From the NCBI GenBank assembly GCA_020723065.1, contig DYJP01000003.1, forward strand, positions 195-64,194: a stretch of 64,000 nt of DNA. The letters are read 5' to 3'. The position numbers were made by a program, and so were the translations under genes. The notes under the pieces were generated by a model. That model was not told where the DNA came from. It ran no database searches and saw only the letters and a program-made list of their open reading frames with translations. Numbering within the stretch: position 1 is the first letter of the stretch; each line of letters begins with the position of its first letter. Below, piece after piece: positions 36,491 through 45,776 of the stretch. This DNA comes from Candidatus Micrarchaeum sp. GTDB lineage: Archaea; Micrarchaeota; Micrarchaeia; CABMEP01.

Positions 36491-37117
36491 TTATTCGCTT
36501 AAATTACTAAGTTTTTCAAAAACAAGCTTCGCCTTCACCCTTACGGAATCAACTGGATCCGACTCTGCCATTTCCTGAATCTTGTATCTTGCCTCAGTTA
36601 TATTGAGCCTTACGACTCCTGCAATCGCAGAAAGCCTCACTGGATGGCGTTTATCATTGAGATGGGAAAAAATATCTGTCATAATCCTGAACTTAAGATC
36701 GCTCTTCTCAATTATGGAAACACCTATCTCCACTAAGGAGTTCAGGATCTCCTGTTTCACAATCCAATTACTTTCCTTTTTAAGTCGTTCTGACAATAAA
36801 TTAGCAGAATCGTTTTTCGACTTTTGAAACCTGTACGCCCATGCAATAATTTTTCTCACGCCCAAATTTGAATCATTTAATAGAACGCGAAGCGTAGAAT
36901 CCTGAAGCCCCTTCGCCTTCTCAGGATTCTTGCACTTCAGAAGCTCCCTAACAAGCATTATCTGAGATTCTGGCAAGCTCCTGTGTTTAACGTAATTAGA
37001 AAGCGAATCAGTGAACTTATACTCTTCCTTCGGCTTATTCTTGAACGGATTAGAGTTATCCTTTTCGTCAGAATATTTCCTTATAAGATGCTTGAAGTTA
37101 TCATTGTTATCGTACAT
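36491..37117 (-). CDS. HEAT-repeat protein
   Basis: Repeated LLxDxNxxVRxxAAxAL-type units (LLNDSNLGVRKIIAWAY, LNDKRHPVRLSAIAGVV, ESDPVDSVRVKAKLV). The start is uncertain (GTG 37168 or ATG 37117). Confidence 0.6.
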   Translation of the reverse strand: MYDNNDNFKHLIRKYSDEKDNSNPFKNKPKEEYKFTDSLSNYVKHRSLPESQIMLVRELLKCKNPEKAKGLQDSTLRVLLNDSNLGVRKIIAWAYRFQKSKNDSANLLSERLKKESNWIVKQEILNSLVEIGVSIIEKSDLKFRIMTDIFSHLNDKRHPVRLSAIAGVVRLNITEARYKIQEMAESDPVDSVRVKAKLVFEKLSNLSE

Positions 37118-37190
37118 TCTCTCACATAAAAAAGGCTCAAGTGAGGTAAATAAATGTTGCGGTGGCACCCTAACCTAAAAAAAACAAAGG

Positions 37191-37758
37191 TTATTCAATC
37201 TCATGATGAATTTTTAAAAAAGAATATAATAACTTACTCTCATGCAAGATTCTTTCGGACATGCTCTTAGCAATAAGTTCCGTCTCCTTGATGTATCTTT
37301 CCCTGAATGAAGGATCGGATATCCTTGCGTCCATAATGTTGTGCAGCCTGTCGGCAAGTTTGATCAATAGAGAATTGCTCGACATCTTTATCATCTTTTC
37401 AAACGCGTACCTGACTTTTCCTTCAAACGAGCCGATCTGTCTTTATATTCCTTAACGGTTTTTTATCCAAAGTGAGCTCCAGGACCAGGTCTGCGGTCTT
37501 CTTCCCGAAAATATCAAACAAGTTTTCATAACTCATATTGGTGTCCTCAATAGTATCGTAAAGAAATGCGGCTTCAATCATAATCCTACCATATTATGAA
37601 TCCAGAAGCCTCTTGTCGTTTTCATTTAAAATAAATAATCTCCGCGAACTTTATCGGGTGCTCAATATAAGGAACCTTGATGCTCTTTCTTAACTGGCCC
37701 TCGCGCGCATTCGTCACAAATTCATAAGCTTCCTGGATTTTGGACCCGTTTCCATCAT
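37191..37758 (-). pseudogene. RelA/SpoT-type HD-domain ((p)ppGpp hydrolase/Mesh1-like) gene, decayed
   Basis: Fragments lie in three frames. They read KIQEAYEFVTNAREGQLRKSIKVPYIEHPIKFAEII; then LNENDKRLLDS, a TAA stop, and YGRIMIEAAFLYDTIEDTNMSYENLFDIFGKKTADLVLELTLDKK; then RQIGSFEGKV...LLIKLADRLHNIMD. That is at least 3 frameshifts and 1 in-frame TAA. Confidence 0.75.
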
Positions 37759-37769
37759 ATGACCATCGA

Positions 37770-38969
37770 TTATATGACAGAATGACCTTCCTGCTTATTT
37801 TCTTCTTTCTGTACTGACTTGGTTGCCGCGATCGCCCTGTCCTTGTTCTCTGCGAGAACTGCTGCCTTCTTGCATATTAAATATACTGCGGCGTACTCTG
37901 GAAGGTCCAACGTCTGATCTTCGTACGGCCCAAATATCTGGCCTTTCAATATGACCGGCTGCGACTTCTTTACATAAACCCTGAAAGGCGAATCAGAGAA
38001 CACAACCGGCCTGGTTGTCCAGTCATATCGTTCAAGGTCATTTACAGGAATCCGCTGTGCAAGAAGACCAGTTTCTCCATGAATGCTGTCTGGCATCCTT
38101 ATAAGCTTGCTGGTGTCAAATGTCACTCCTTCATCAACAAATGCGCCATGTTGGCGCTTTATATTTTCAACAAGATTACTGAAAAACTTCTTTCGATCCG
38201 TAATGTATACTGCTTCCCAGTTCCCGTTGGCAATCTGGTCTGCTGCATCAATTCTTGAATAGAACTTTTCGACTGTCTTCTTGGCAATTCCTAATCGTTC
38301 TAACGTCCTATTCTTTATTCCATCAACAAGCATCTGGGTTAGTTTGCCCTTCCAACCTCCGTCTGTTACCTTAGGACCGAATATCCTCTTGTGAATTAGA
38401 TCCTGTCGGAAGAAGTGGTCGTAGTCAAGACCGTTGGCATTGACGTAATCCGCAATTTCCTTTCTACCGTAACCTTTTATTGTCTGAAACCTAGTAGAAA
38501 CATGGATGTGGTATCCTCGGTTTCCTGAAAAGTTTACTTCTATCTCCTCCTTGGGAACGTTGAAGTCTTTGACAAGGAAATCGTCAATGAGCCTTAATGC
38601 ACACTCTTTTGCCCTATCCATGCACATCTCGCAAACCCATTCCTTCTTATGCTTCTCAGTGCAAGGCATGCCCAGCTCATTAGCGTCTATATCGAAAACC
38701 AAATCTCCAGAAAGCCAATTCTTCTTTTCTATTGGCCTTGCAGCAGGATAAGCGTAATGCGCTTCAGAATAGGATATAAAAAGCGGCGCGTTCCTTCCGA
38801 GAAATGCATTCATCTCCTTCTCGCTTGAAAATGAATAGTGCCTAGACTCTATCTTTTTGGACCATCCTCCGAAGCCAAATTCTCTTGTATGCACCTGCTT
38901 CGGGGCTTTCGTCCAGTGAGTAGAATAGTATCGCTTAAACCTCTCAACTATAAACGCTTCCTCTTCCAT
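37770..38969 (-). CDS. priS: DNA primase small (catalytic) subunit PriS
   Basis: Catalytic motifs DLVFDIDANE, FSGNRGYHIHV and IRMPDSIHGETG. Confidence 0.9.
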   Translation of the reverse strand: MEEEAFIVERFKRYYSTHWTKAPKQVHTREFGFGGWSKKIESRHYSFSSEKEMNAFLGRNAPLFISYSEAHYAYPAARPIEKKNWLSGDLVFDIDANELGMPCTEKHKKEWVCEMCMDRAKECALRLIDDFLVKDFNVPKEEIEVNFSGNRGYHIHVSTRFQTIKGYGRKEIADYVNANGLDYDHFFRQDLIHKRIFGPKVTDGGWKGKLTQMLVDGIKNRTLERLGIAKKTVEKFYSRIDAADQIANGNWEAVYITDRKKFFSNLVENIKRQHGAFVDEGVTFDTSKLIRMPDSIHGETGLLAQRIPVNDLERYDWTTRPVVFSDSPFRVYVKKSQPVILKGQIFGPYEDQTLDLPEYAAVYLICKKAAVLAENKDRAIAATKSVQKEENKQEGHSVI

Positions 38970-38979
38970 TTTCTACACC

Positions 38980-40011
38980 TTATCTAAACGAGTTAGAACT
39001 TCTTCTCTTTCTCGGCTTGAAAATCGACTTGGAACCGTAATGCAATGGATTCTTCGGTCCTCCTTTGGATAGGCAGCCGCATTCCGGCAGTCTTAACCCA
39101 TATGATTCCATTACCTGACACGAAGGAGGAGAATATCCCTTCTTCGCTATGAACTCAACTTGATATCTTGCAATCTTCTCATCAAAATTCGGGGTATTGG
39201 AGAATACCTCCACCACCTCGTCCACCGACTTTCCGAACTTTAATAGATACGAAGCAACCGCCACTCTCGCGAAATGCGGAAGGTTCTCACCATTTCTCGC
39301 CCGCTCCACTATCTTAGCCATACACGGTGCCATCACTCCGCTGGACTTTGCGAACATGACTGCGTTCTTCTCCTTAACCTCCTTGAACTTATTGATTTCA
39401 TCCTCTATTTCCTTGCCCATCTGAAGAATATCATTCTTTATGTCTAAAGGTATAGAATCTTGGTGTATCGGAAGTCCAGACTCGATACTGTTTCTTATCG
39501 CTTCATTCAATACTGACATGAACTTGTTCTCGTCCAGAAGTATCCTACCATTATTCAGATTCTGGAAAACGAGCCTTCCCTCGTCTGTCTTTGGAACGTT
39601 TATCAAATAGGTCTCGACTGAAACATAAAGACCATCATAGTCGATGTCAAGCTCTTTCGCTATACGCTTGGCCTCGTTTATGAAATCCGGATTGTCCGCT
39701 CTTATATTGGCCATTGCGCGCTTGGCCTCGTAATTGACGAACCTGTTCCTGACTTGGGAATCAAAAAGAGAGACAATCATCCTTGCAAGCGGATAAGACA
39801 CCAGATATTTTTGGTAAAGTTCCTCATTAGCCTCCATAAGAACTGAAACGTCTTCCCTGAAAAGAGAATCGAGTATCCTCTTCTTTGCAAACTGCATCTT
39901 CTGGTAGTCAATGGTTATCGGCTTCTCTGATAGCAGCTGCCTCGCTGTCTTGGTGAACGGATAACGCGCAGAGAACCTCAACTTTTCATTTGAAAACTGA
40001 TCAAGAACCAT
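38980..40011 (-). CDS. priL: DNA primase large subunit PriL
   Basis: PriL-type C-terminal Fe-S region (APCMAKIV...PHFARVAVASYLLKFG...PPSCQVM...PECGC). It lies 10 nt upstream of priS. Confidence 0.85.
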   Translation of the reverse strand: MVLDQFSNEKLRFSARYPFTKTARQLLSEKPITIDYQKMQFAKKRILDSLFREDVSVLMEANEELYQKYLVSYPLARMIVSLFDSQVRNRFVNYEAKRAMANIRADNPDFINEAKRIAKELDIDYDGLYVSVETYLINVPKTDEGRLVFQNLNNGRILLDENKFMSVLNEAIRNSIESGLPIHQDSIPLDIKNDILQMGKEIEDEINKFKEVKEKNAVMFAKSSGVMAPCMAKIVERARNGENLPHFARVAVASYLLKFGKSVDEVVEVFSNTPNFDEKIARYQVEFIAKKGYSPPSCQVMESYGLRLPECGCLSKGGPKNPLHYGSKSIFKPRKRRSSNSFR

Positions 40012-40241
40012 TCAAACAACCATGCAAAACGAAGATAGGGCATTTAAGCGAAGCTTATTGAAGAATAATTCAGCTTTCCTCTTTCGTCACAGCCTGCAGA
40101 TAGACTGCATGCTCAGCAATACCTCGTATCATCATTATGGATAATTATGAAACAACTGTTTATATTCATTCCTCTCCCCGATTTCCGGTGATGGATAAAA
40201 TCAATTGATTTTTAATCCTTGAAGTAGATAGCTAAAACGTA

Positions 40242-40865
40242 ATGCCGGATGGTGAATCCATGATATTCGACAAGTCGCAGAACAGCAAGGCCCTCAATAG
40301 GATGAGAGAATGGGTAGGAAAAACGTTCTCAAAGCTCAATATCACTCCAAACCAATGGACACTGGTCTCCCTGATTGTGGCGGCATTCGCTGCGATCTCA
40401 ATATACAGTATGAATCTGCTTATTGGAGCTGCACTCATAATGGTGTCCGGATTGATTGACCTAATTGACGGAGCAGTCGCAAGACACACTAAGAAAGTGA
40501 CAAAGAAAGGCGCCTATTTAGACACTGTAATCGACAGATACAACGAATTCCTCTATGTATTTCCGCTGATTTTCCTTCCGATCGCTACCCCGTTCATGCC
40601 GATCTACGCCTGGGTTTCAATCTACCTTTTCGGAGGGATGATGACCACGTATGCCAAAGCGGCGGCAAAGGAAAAGGGGTTGGAGCAGGAGATCCGTGGC
40701 GGAATACTCGAAAGAGCGGAAAGAGTGGGGATATACGCCGCTGGACTTGTTATCGCAAGCTTCAACATCACGCTCTTCGCATACATACTGATCGCACTTG
40801 CAGTCCTGTCGAATGTAAGCGCATTGCAGAGGCTGTCCAAGGCATTTAGAATGATGAAGAACTGA
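40242..40865 (+). CDS. CDP-alcohol phosphatidyltransferase family protein
   Basis: Exact D-G-x2-A-R-x8-G-x3-D-x3-D motif (DLIDGAVARHTKKVTKKGAYLDTVIDRYNE) in a multi-TM protein. Confidence 0.85.
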   Translation: MPDGESMIFDKSQNSKALNRMREWVGKTFSKLNITPNQWTLVSLIVAAFAAISIYSMNLLIGAALIMVSGLIDLIDGAVARHTKKVTKKGAYLDTVIDRYNEFLYVFPLIFLPIATPFMPIYAWVSIYLFGGMMTTYAKAAAKEKGLEQEIRGGILERAERVGIYAAGLVIASFNITLFAYILIALAVLSNVSALQRLSKAFRMMKN

Positions 40866-40885
40866 AAACCCGGCGCGGGGATTGT

Positions 40886-41953
40886 ATGAGGATAATTCTT
40901 CACATAGACATGGACAGCTTCTTCACATCATGCGAAGAGCTGAGAAGACCGGAGCTCAAGGGAAAGCCTATTATTGTCGGAGCAGACCCGAGAGGCGGAA
41001 ATGGTAGGGGTGTCGTCAGCACAGCGTCTTACGCCGCGAGGGAATATGGAATACATTCCGGAATGCCGATATCAATCGCATACAAGAAATGCCCGAATTG
41101 CATTTTCCTTCCTGTTGATTTCGAGCTTTATGTTCCTCTTTCTCAGAAAATAATGGGTATACTCAGAAACTACAGCGACAAGGTGGAGCCAGCAAGCATT
41201 GACGAGGCGTATCTTGATTTAAGCGAATGCAAAGACTACACGGAAGCGGTAAAAACCGCGGAAAAAATAAAAGAAGAGATACGAAAAATCGGACTTAGCT
41301 CTTCGGTGGGAATCGGGCCGAACAAGCTAATAGCTAAAATCGCTTCGGACTATCAGAAGCCAGACGGACTAACTGTTGTAAGGGAAAATAACGCTGAAGA
41401 TTTCCTTAAACCGATGAATGTAAGAAAGATACCCGGAATAGGGCCGAAGACAAGCGAATTCCTGAAAGAGAGGGGGATAGAAACGATTCGCGACCTTCAG
41501 AAAATAACGAAGGAGGAATTAAAAGAAACATTTGGAAAATTCGGAGAAACAATGTACTACTTTTCAAGAGGAATCGACGATTCCGAAGTGATAACCGAAT
41601 ACGAAACAAAATCCTACAGCAAGGAGTTCACATTCCAGAAAGACACCAAGTCAATGGAGATGCTGCGGGATGTCACGCTGGTAATGGCGGAAGAGCTCTC
41701 CAAAGAGCTGGAAACAGGGAAAAAAAGATTCAAGACCGTCACACTGAAAATAAGATTCTCAGGATTTGAAACCCACACTGCGAGCCTTACTTTGAAAGAA
41801 TACGCTGGCGGGAAGGAAGAGATCTACGCTACTACGAACAAACTGTTGCAGAAGTTCCTTCCACTGGAAAAGGCAGTTCGATTAATAGGGATAAAAGTGT
41901 CTAATTTTGAAGAAAAAGATCCAAAAACAATCGGACTTGCGAGATATATATAA
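40886..41953 (+). CDS. dinB: Y-family DNA polymerase IV (Dpo4/DinB)
   Basis: MRIILHIDMDSFFTSCEELRRPELKGKPIIVG...ASIDEAYLDL...IGPNKLIAKIASD. The C-terminal IGLARYI resembles the Dpo4 PCNA-binding tail. Confidence 0.9.
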   Translation: MRIILHIDMDSFFTSCEELRRPELKGKPIIVGADPRGGNGRGVVSTASYAAREYGIHSGMPISIAYKKCPNCIFLPVDFELYVPLSQKIMGILRNYSDKVEPASIDEAYLDLSECKDYTEAVKTAEKIKEEIRKIGLSSSVGIGPNKLIAKIASDYQKPDGLTVVRENNAEDFLKPMNVRKIPGIGPKTSEFLKERGIETIRDLQKITKEELKETFGKFGETMYYFSRGIDDSEVITEYETKSYSKEFTFQKDTKSMEMLRDVTLVMAEELSKELETGKKRFKTVTLKIRFSGFETHTASLTLKEYAGGKEEIYATTNKLLQKFLPLEKAVRLIGIKVSNFEEKDPKTIGLARYI

Positions 41954-41956
41954 GAC

Positions 41957-43210
41957 TCAGTTCGGCTCTTCGAATTGAGCCTTGTCCAGTCTGTCCATAT
42001 TAGCTTCGTAGTCCTGAAAGAAATACAGAATGTTCTGCTCCGCTTCAGAAATAAAGTCCTTTATAACTTCAGATTTCTTCTCCTTTAAATCAGAAATCTT
42101 CTTGGTGATTTTCTCCAGCTGGTCGTTTAACTCGCGGTCTTTGTTTGTAAGGCGTTCCAGTTCTTTCTTTATTTGCCTTCTCTTTAAGTAATCGATTACG
42201 AATTTATCGTACAAGCCGATTGAAACAATAAACACAATACCGGCTGAGATTCCCTGTACGATTGTAAAATTATTCATAAGAAAATCGCTAATGGAAGATA
42301 ATTTAGAAAGTTTATCATATATGAAACTCTTGAAGCTCTCGGTCTTGACAATCTCGGTAGCTCCGAAAAATGCAACGATATAAGAAGCAACGATGTGGGC
42401 AGCATGCCAGATCCTTTTAAGAGAAAGGATATTCTTTAGTCCGTTTCTCACGCTGCCTAAGATCTTGACATTTGATTGGAGCAGATTGTTGTACTTGTCC
42501 ATCTGTTCAAGCTGCTTCTCCTTAATAAAATAGATCTTTTGCTTGATATCATTCATCTCGTACTTTGACTCAGTGATTCCCTTTTCTATCGGGATTATCT
42601 CTATCCTTATTTTTTGGATGTAAAAGCTTATGATCTTCTGGAAATCATCAAAATAGCGCTGAGTTATCTCCCTTTGCTCTTTAAGCCTTTCGAAATACTT
42701 GTATTTCAGCTTTTTACGCTTTCCTTTGATAGATTTCATATCGTCCTTAAACTTTCTCTCGATCAGCCCCATCCTGGCTTCCCTTGCAATTTCGATGTCG
42801 TGCTGATACGAAGGCCATGAATCTCCGTAGCCCTTGAAGTTCTTCGGAATAAGAAATATGTTAGAAAGTATTATGGACGCAACCTGGTGATCGGGAACCG
42901 TAGCCGACAGTATAATCTTAGAAACATTTAAAGAAGGTGACGCCTGAGCGTCAAGCGCTTCAAGATTCGGAAGACCCAACGAAATCCTTCGTTGTTCCAA
43001 TCGTTTCATTTCGTCGTTAGGAATCGGATTCTTTATATTGAGCGGATCTAAATCGTTTATTCCGTCAGTGACTTGTTCGTTAGAATCTATTTTCCCTTCT
43101 GAATACGGTTCAAATTTCTTGAAATCTTCTGAAGCTGTGCCTTTATTCACTTCAAGCTGTTCCTGCTCCTTCCTCCATTTATAATTTCTCAGAAATTCCC
43201 ACATACCCAT
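41957..43210 (-). CDS. hypothetical coiled-coil membrane protein
   Basis: 417-aa ORF with an acidic/polar N-terminus, long K/E heptad-like stretches and two hydrophobic segments (AAHIVASYIVAFFGATEIV, GISAGIVFIVSIGLY). No family recognised. Confidence 0.5.
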   Translation of the reverse strand: MGMWEFLRNYKWRKEQEQLEVNKGTASEDFKKFEPYSEGKIDSNEQVTDGINDLDPLNIKNPIPNDEMKRLEQRRISLGLPNLEALDAQASPSLNVSKIILSATVPDHQVASIILSNIFLIPKNFKGYGDSWPSYQHDIEIAREARMGLIERKFKDDMKSIKGKRKKLKYKYFERLKEQREITQRYFDDFQKIISFYIQKIRIEIIPIEKGITESKYEMNDIKQKIYFIKEKQLEQMDKYNNLLQSNVKILGSVRNGLKNILSLKRIWHAAHIVASYIVAFFGATEIVKTESFKSFIYDKLSKLSSISDFLMNNFTIVQGISAGIVFIVSIGLYDKFVIDYLKRRQIKKELERLTNKDRELNDQLEKITKKISDLKEKKSEVIKDFISEAEQNILYFFQDYEANMDRLDKAQFEEPN

Positions 43211-43324
43211 GTTTTAAACAAACAAACGAACTATATAAACTTTTCTTTTTATGTTCGACAAAAAGCGTATAAAAAGCAATATAAAAGGAAATAAAAAAGG
43301 TGGTATTGGATCTAGTTAGTCGGA

Positions 43325-44743
43325 TTACGCGACTTTCCAGATTGTCCCGTCCTTAGTGTCGTCAAGAAGTATTCCTTTCTCTTTAAGTTTATTCCTTATC
43401 TCGTCAGACTTGGTGAAATTCTTCTCTTTCCTTGCCTGGTTTCGTTCTGCGATAAGTGATTCAATCTCTTCTTTGGAAATCGAAAGCGTTTTCTGCTGCT
43501 TCTGCTCCATGAACTTTAACAGACCGAGCACTTCATCAAAATAGTACATCGTCTTCTTCACTTCCCTAGCATTATCCACTCCAAGGCTGTTTTCGCCCAT
43601 CATAATATTTATGGATTTGATAAACTCAAAAACCGCTGAAATCGCCTGCGGTGTGTTAAAGTCATTCTCCAGCGAAAGGTCGAACTTATGCTTTGCATTT
43701 TCGATTACTTGCTTAACATCTGGGTTGTTGTATTCATTCTTCACGAGTTCAAGATTCCTCATGAATTCGAATATCCTATTGACCGAATTCTGGGCTGCCT
43801 CGAAGCTCTGCTCTGTAAGATTCAACTGCTCACGATAATGGGCTGAAATAAAAAGATACCTAACAGCTTCGGGTTTAACGCCTTTTCCGAGAACATCTTT
43901 AAGAGTCCAGAAATTGCCGAATGATTTCGACATCTTTTGGCCATTTACAAGAACATGTGCGTTATGCATCCAATAATTGACATAATTTTTCCCGGTAGCC
44001 CCTTCGGATTGGGCGATTTCATTCTCATGATGTGGGAATATTAGATCGATTCCTCCACAATGAACATCAAAGGTTTCGCCAAGATACTTCATAGACATAA
44101 CGCTACACTCTATGTGCCATCCAGGCCTTCCCTTGCCGAGCTCCGTCTCCCAGAACACGTCTCCATCTTCAGGACTCCAGGCCTTCCATAATGCAAAGTC
44201 AGATGCTTGTTCTTTGGAATATTCGTCCAGATTGACTCTTCCGCTTGCACCAGCCTTCAGCTGATTAATATCTATATGAGAAAGTTTACCGTATCCCGGA
44301 AATGCGGAAACCTTGTAGTACGTTGACCCGTCCGTTCCTTTGTACGCAAGCCCGACATTCTGCAACCTCTTTATCAGGTTGACCATTTCCGGAATGAAAT
44401 CCGTTGCTTTTGGATACGCGGTGGCACGCTCAATATTGAGCGCATCTATATCTTCAAAAAATAACTTCGTGTACTTCTCAGTAAATTCTTTCAACGGCAT
44501 TTTTACATTCTGCGAATCACGTATTGTCTTGTCATCTACATTAGTAATGTTCATGATAAATGTAACCTTGAACCCATTATGCTGGAAAGTTCTCTTTACA
44601 ATATCATAGAATGTAAATGCACGGAGATTTCCTACGTGTACATAATTGTAGACCGTAGGGCCACAGCAATACATCCTTACGTGACCCTTCTCAAGCGGCT
44701 GGAAGAATTCTAATTTCCTGGTCAGTGTATTGTATACTTGCAT
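43325..44743 (-). CDS. cysS: cysteinyl-tRNA synthetase
   Basis: Class I HIGH-type motif (CGPTVYNYVHVGNLRAF) and KMSKS (KMSKSFGNF). Confidence 0.95.
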   Translation of the reverse strand: MQVYNTLTRKLEFFQPLEKGHVRMYCCGPTVYNYVHVGNLRAFTFYDIVKRTFQHNGFKVTFIMNITNVDDKTIRDSQNVKMPLKEFTEKYTKLFFEDIDALNIERATAYPKATDFIPEMVNLIKRLQNVGLAYKGTDGSTYYKVSAFPGYGKLSHIDINQLKAGASGRVNLDEYSKEQASDFALWKAWSPEDGDVFWETELGKGRPGWHIECSVMSMKYLGETFDVHCGGIDLIFPHHENEIAQSEGATGKNYVNYWMHNAHVLVNGQKMSKSFGNFWTLKDVLGKGVKPEAVRYLFISAHYREQLNLTEQSFEAAQNSVNRIFEFMRNLELVKNEYNNPDVKQVIENAKHKFDLSLENDFNTPQAISAVFEFIKSINIMMGENSLGVDNAREVKKTMYYFDEVLGLLKFMEQKQQKTLSISKEEIESLIAERNQARKEKNFTKSDEIRNKLKEKGILLDDTKDGTIWKVA

Positions 44744-44818
44744 AATATTGCCCTTAAATGAAATATACTAAAAGTACTTGTGAAACAAAGTTTAAAACAT
44801 TGCTCATGTGAAACTTCT

Positions 44819-45142
44819 TCAGTATTCGATCCCGAAATCAGATGACTGCCTTGGATGGGAACTATATCCGAATTGGCCTTCAAGAAACAACTGGACTTGC
44901 TCGACAACTATGACAAAATCGTTTTTTGACACTTCTAAAATGAACTGGTCCAGATCCTGCCTGGTTTTCGCCTCGCAGAATATCTCTACGTCCCCATCCG
45001 GAAGATTCCTGACTATCCCTTTTATACCAAGCTTCCTGGCGTTTTCTACGGTTCGATAACGGTAGTTCACGCCCTGGACCGAACCTTTGATCAATATTCT
45101 TGCGCGGATTGGTTTAGATGGCTTAACAGAACCCATAACCAT
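44819..45142 (-). CDS. acyP: acylphosphatase
   Basis: Motif ILIKGSVQGVNYRYRTVENARKLGIKGIVRNLPDGDVEI. Confidence 0.8.
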   Translation of the reverse strand: MVMGSVKPSKPIRARILIKGSVQGVNYRYRTVENARKLGIKGIVRNLPDGDVEIFCEAKTRQDLDQFILEVSKNDFVIVVEQVQLFLEGQFGYSSHPRQSSDFGIEY

Positions 45143-45187
45143 AAAAACAATTAGAAAACAAGATTTAAATTGCTATTCAAAAATAGA

Positions 45188-45351
45188 AGCTGGGTGAGGG
45201 AGTTGAACCCCCCTACTCCGCTTACTGCGAAACTTTCTTATGAAGAAAGTTCGTCAAAGAAAACAGTTCAATGTGTTTCCTTTCTTTTTGATAAACTCTT
45301 TTTCAAAGAGTTTCCCTGCAGGCGGATACATAGCCGCTCTGTCAACCCAGC
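45188..45351 (-). tRNA. tRNA-Cys (anticodon GCA) with ~93-nt intron at 37/38
   Basis: Hand-folded. Acceptor GCTGGGT/ACCCAGC, discriminator U73 (the Cys identity base), anticodon stem TCCGC/GCGGA, loop CTGCAG|A, T arm GGGGG-TTCAACT-CCCTC. The intron at about 45223..45315 has CTGC/GCAG as central BHB helix. Confidence 0.8.
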
Positions 45352-45430
45352 GAATACGATGATAAATGATTGTAATAAGTAAGTAGTAAAAGTTTTTTAA
45401 TCTTCATAAACCATTTAATAGCGTGAGAAC

Positions 45431-45751
45431 ATGCAGATAGATCCAAGACAGTTGCAAAGAATGATGAAACAGATGGGCATCAACACAGAAGAAGTGAATG
45501 CAAATAGAGTTATAATAGAGCAGAACGACAAAATAATAATACTAAAGAATCCGAAAGTTGTAAAGATAGATGCAAAAGGCAACGTATCTTTCCAGATAAC
45601 TGCAACAGAAATCGAGACAAGAGAAAACATTCCTAACGAAGATATAGAACTCGTTGCAAAACAGGCAAATGTCGACATCTCTACGGCGAAAAAGGCTTTA
45701 GAAGAAACGAATGGAGACGTAGCTGAAGCGATAATGAAGCTCAAAAGCTGA
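45431..45751 (+). CDS. nac: nascent polypeptide-associated complex protein (archaeal NAC)
   Basis: NAC domain plus C-terminal UBA (IELVAKQANVDISTAKKALEETNGDVAEAIMKL). Confidence 0.9.
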   Translation: MQIDPRQLQRMMKQMGINTEEVNANRVIIEQNDKIIILKNPKVVKIDAKGNVSFQITATEIETRENIPNEDIELVAKQANVDISTAKKALEETNGDVAEAIMKLKS

Positions 45752-45776
45752 ACTTTAAAATTCGAAAACAAACGAC

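Noticed and set aside
45170-45382. 70-aa + strand ORF
   Set aside because: It spans the complement of tRNA-Cys and its intron, so it is not coding.
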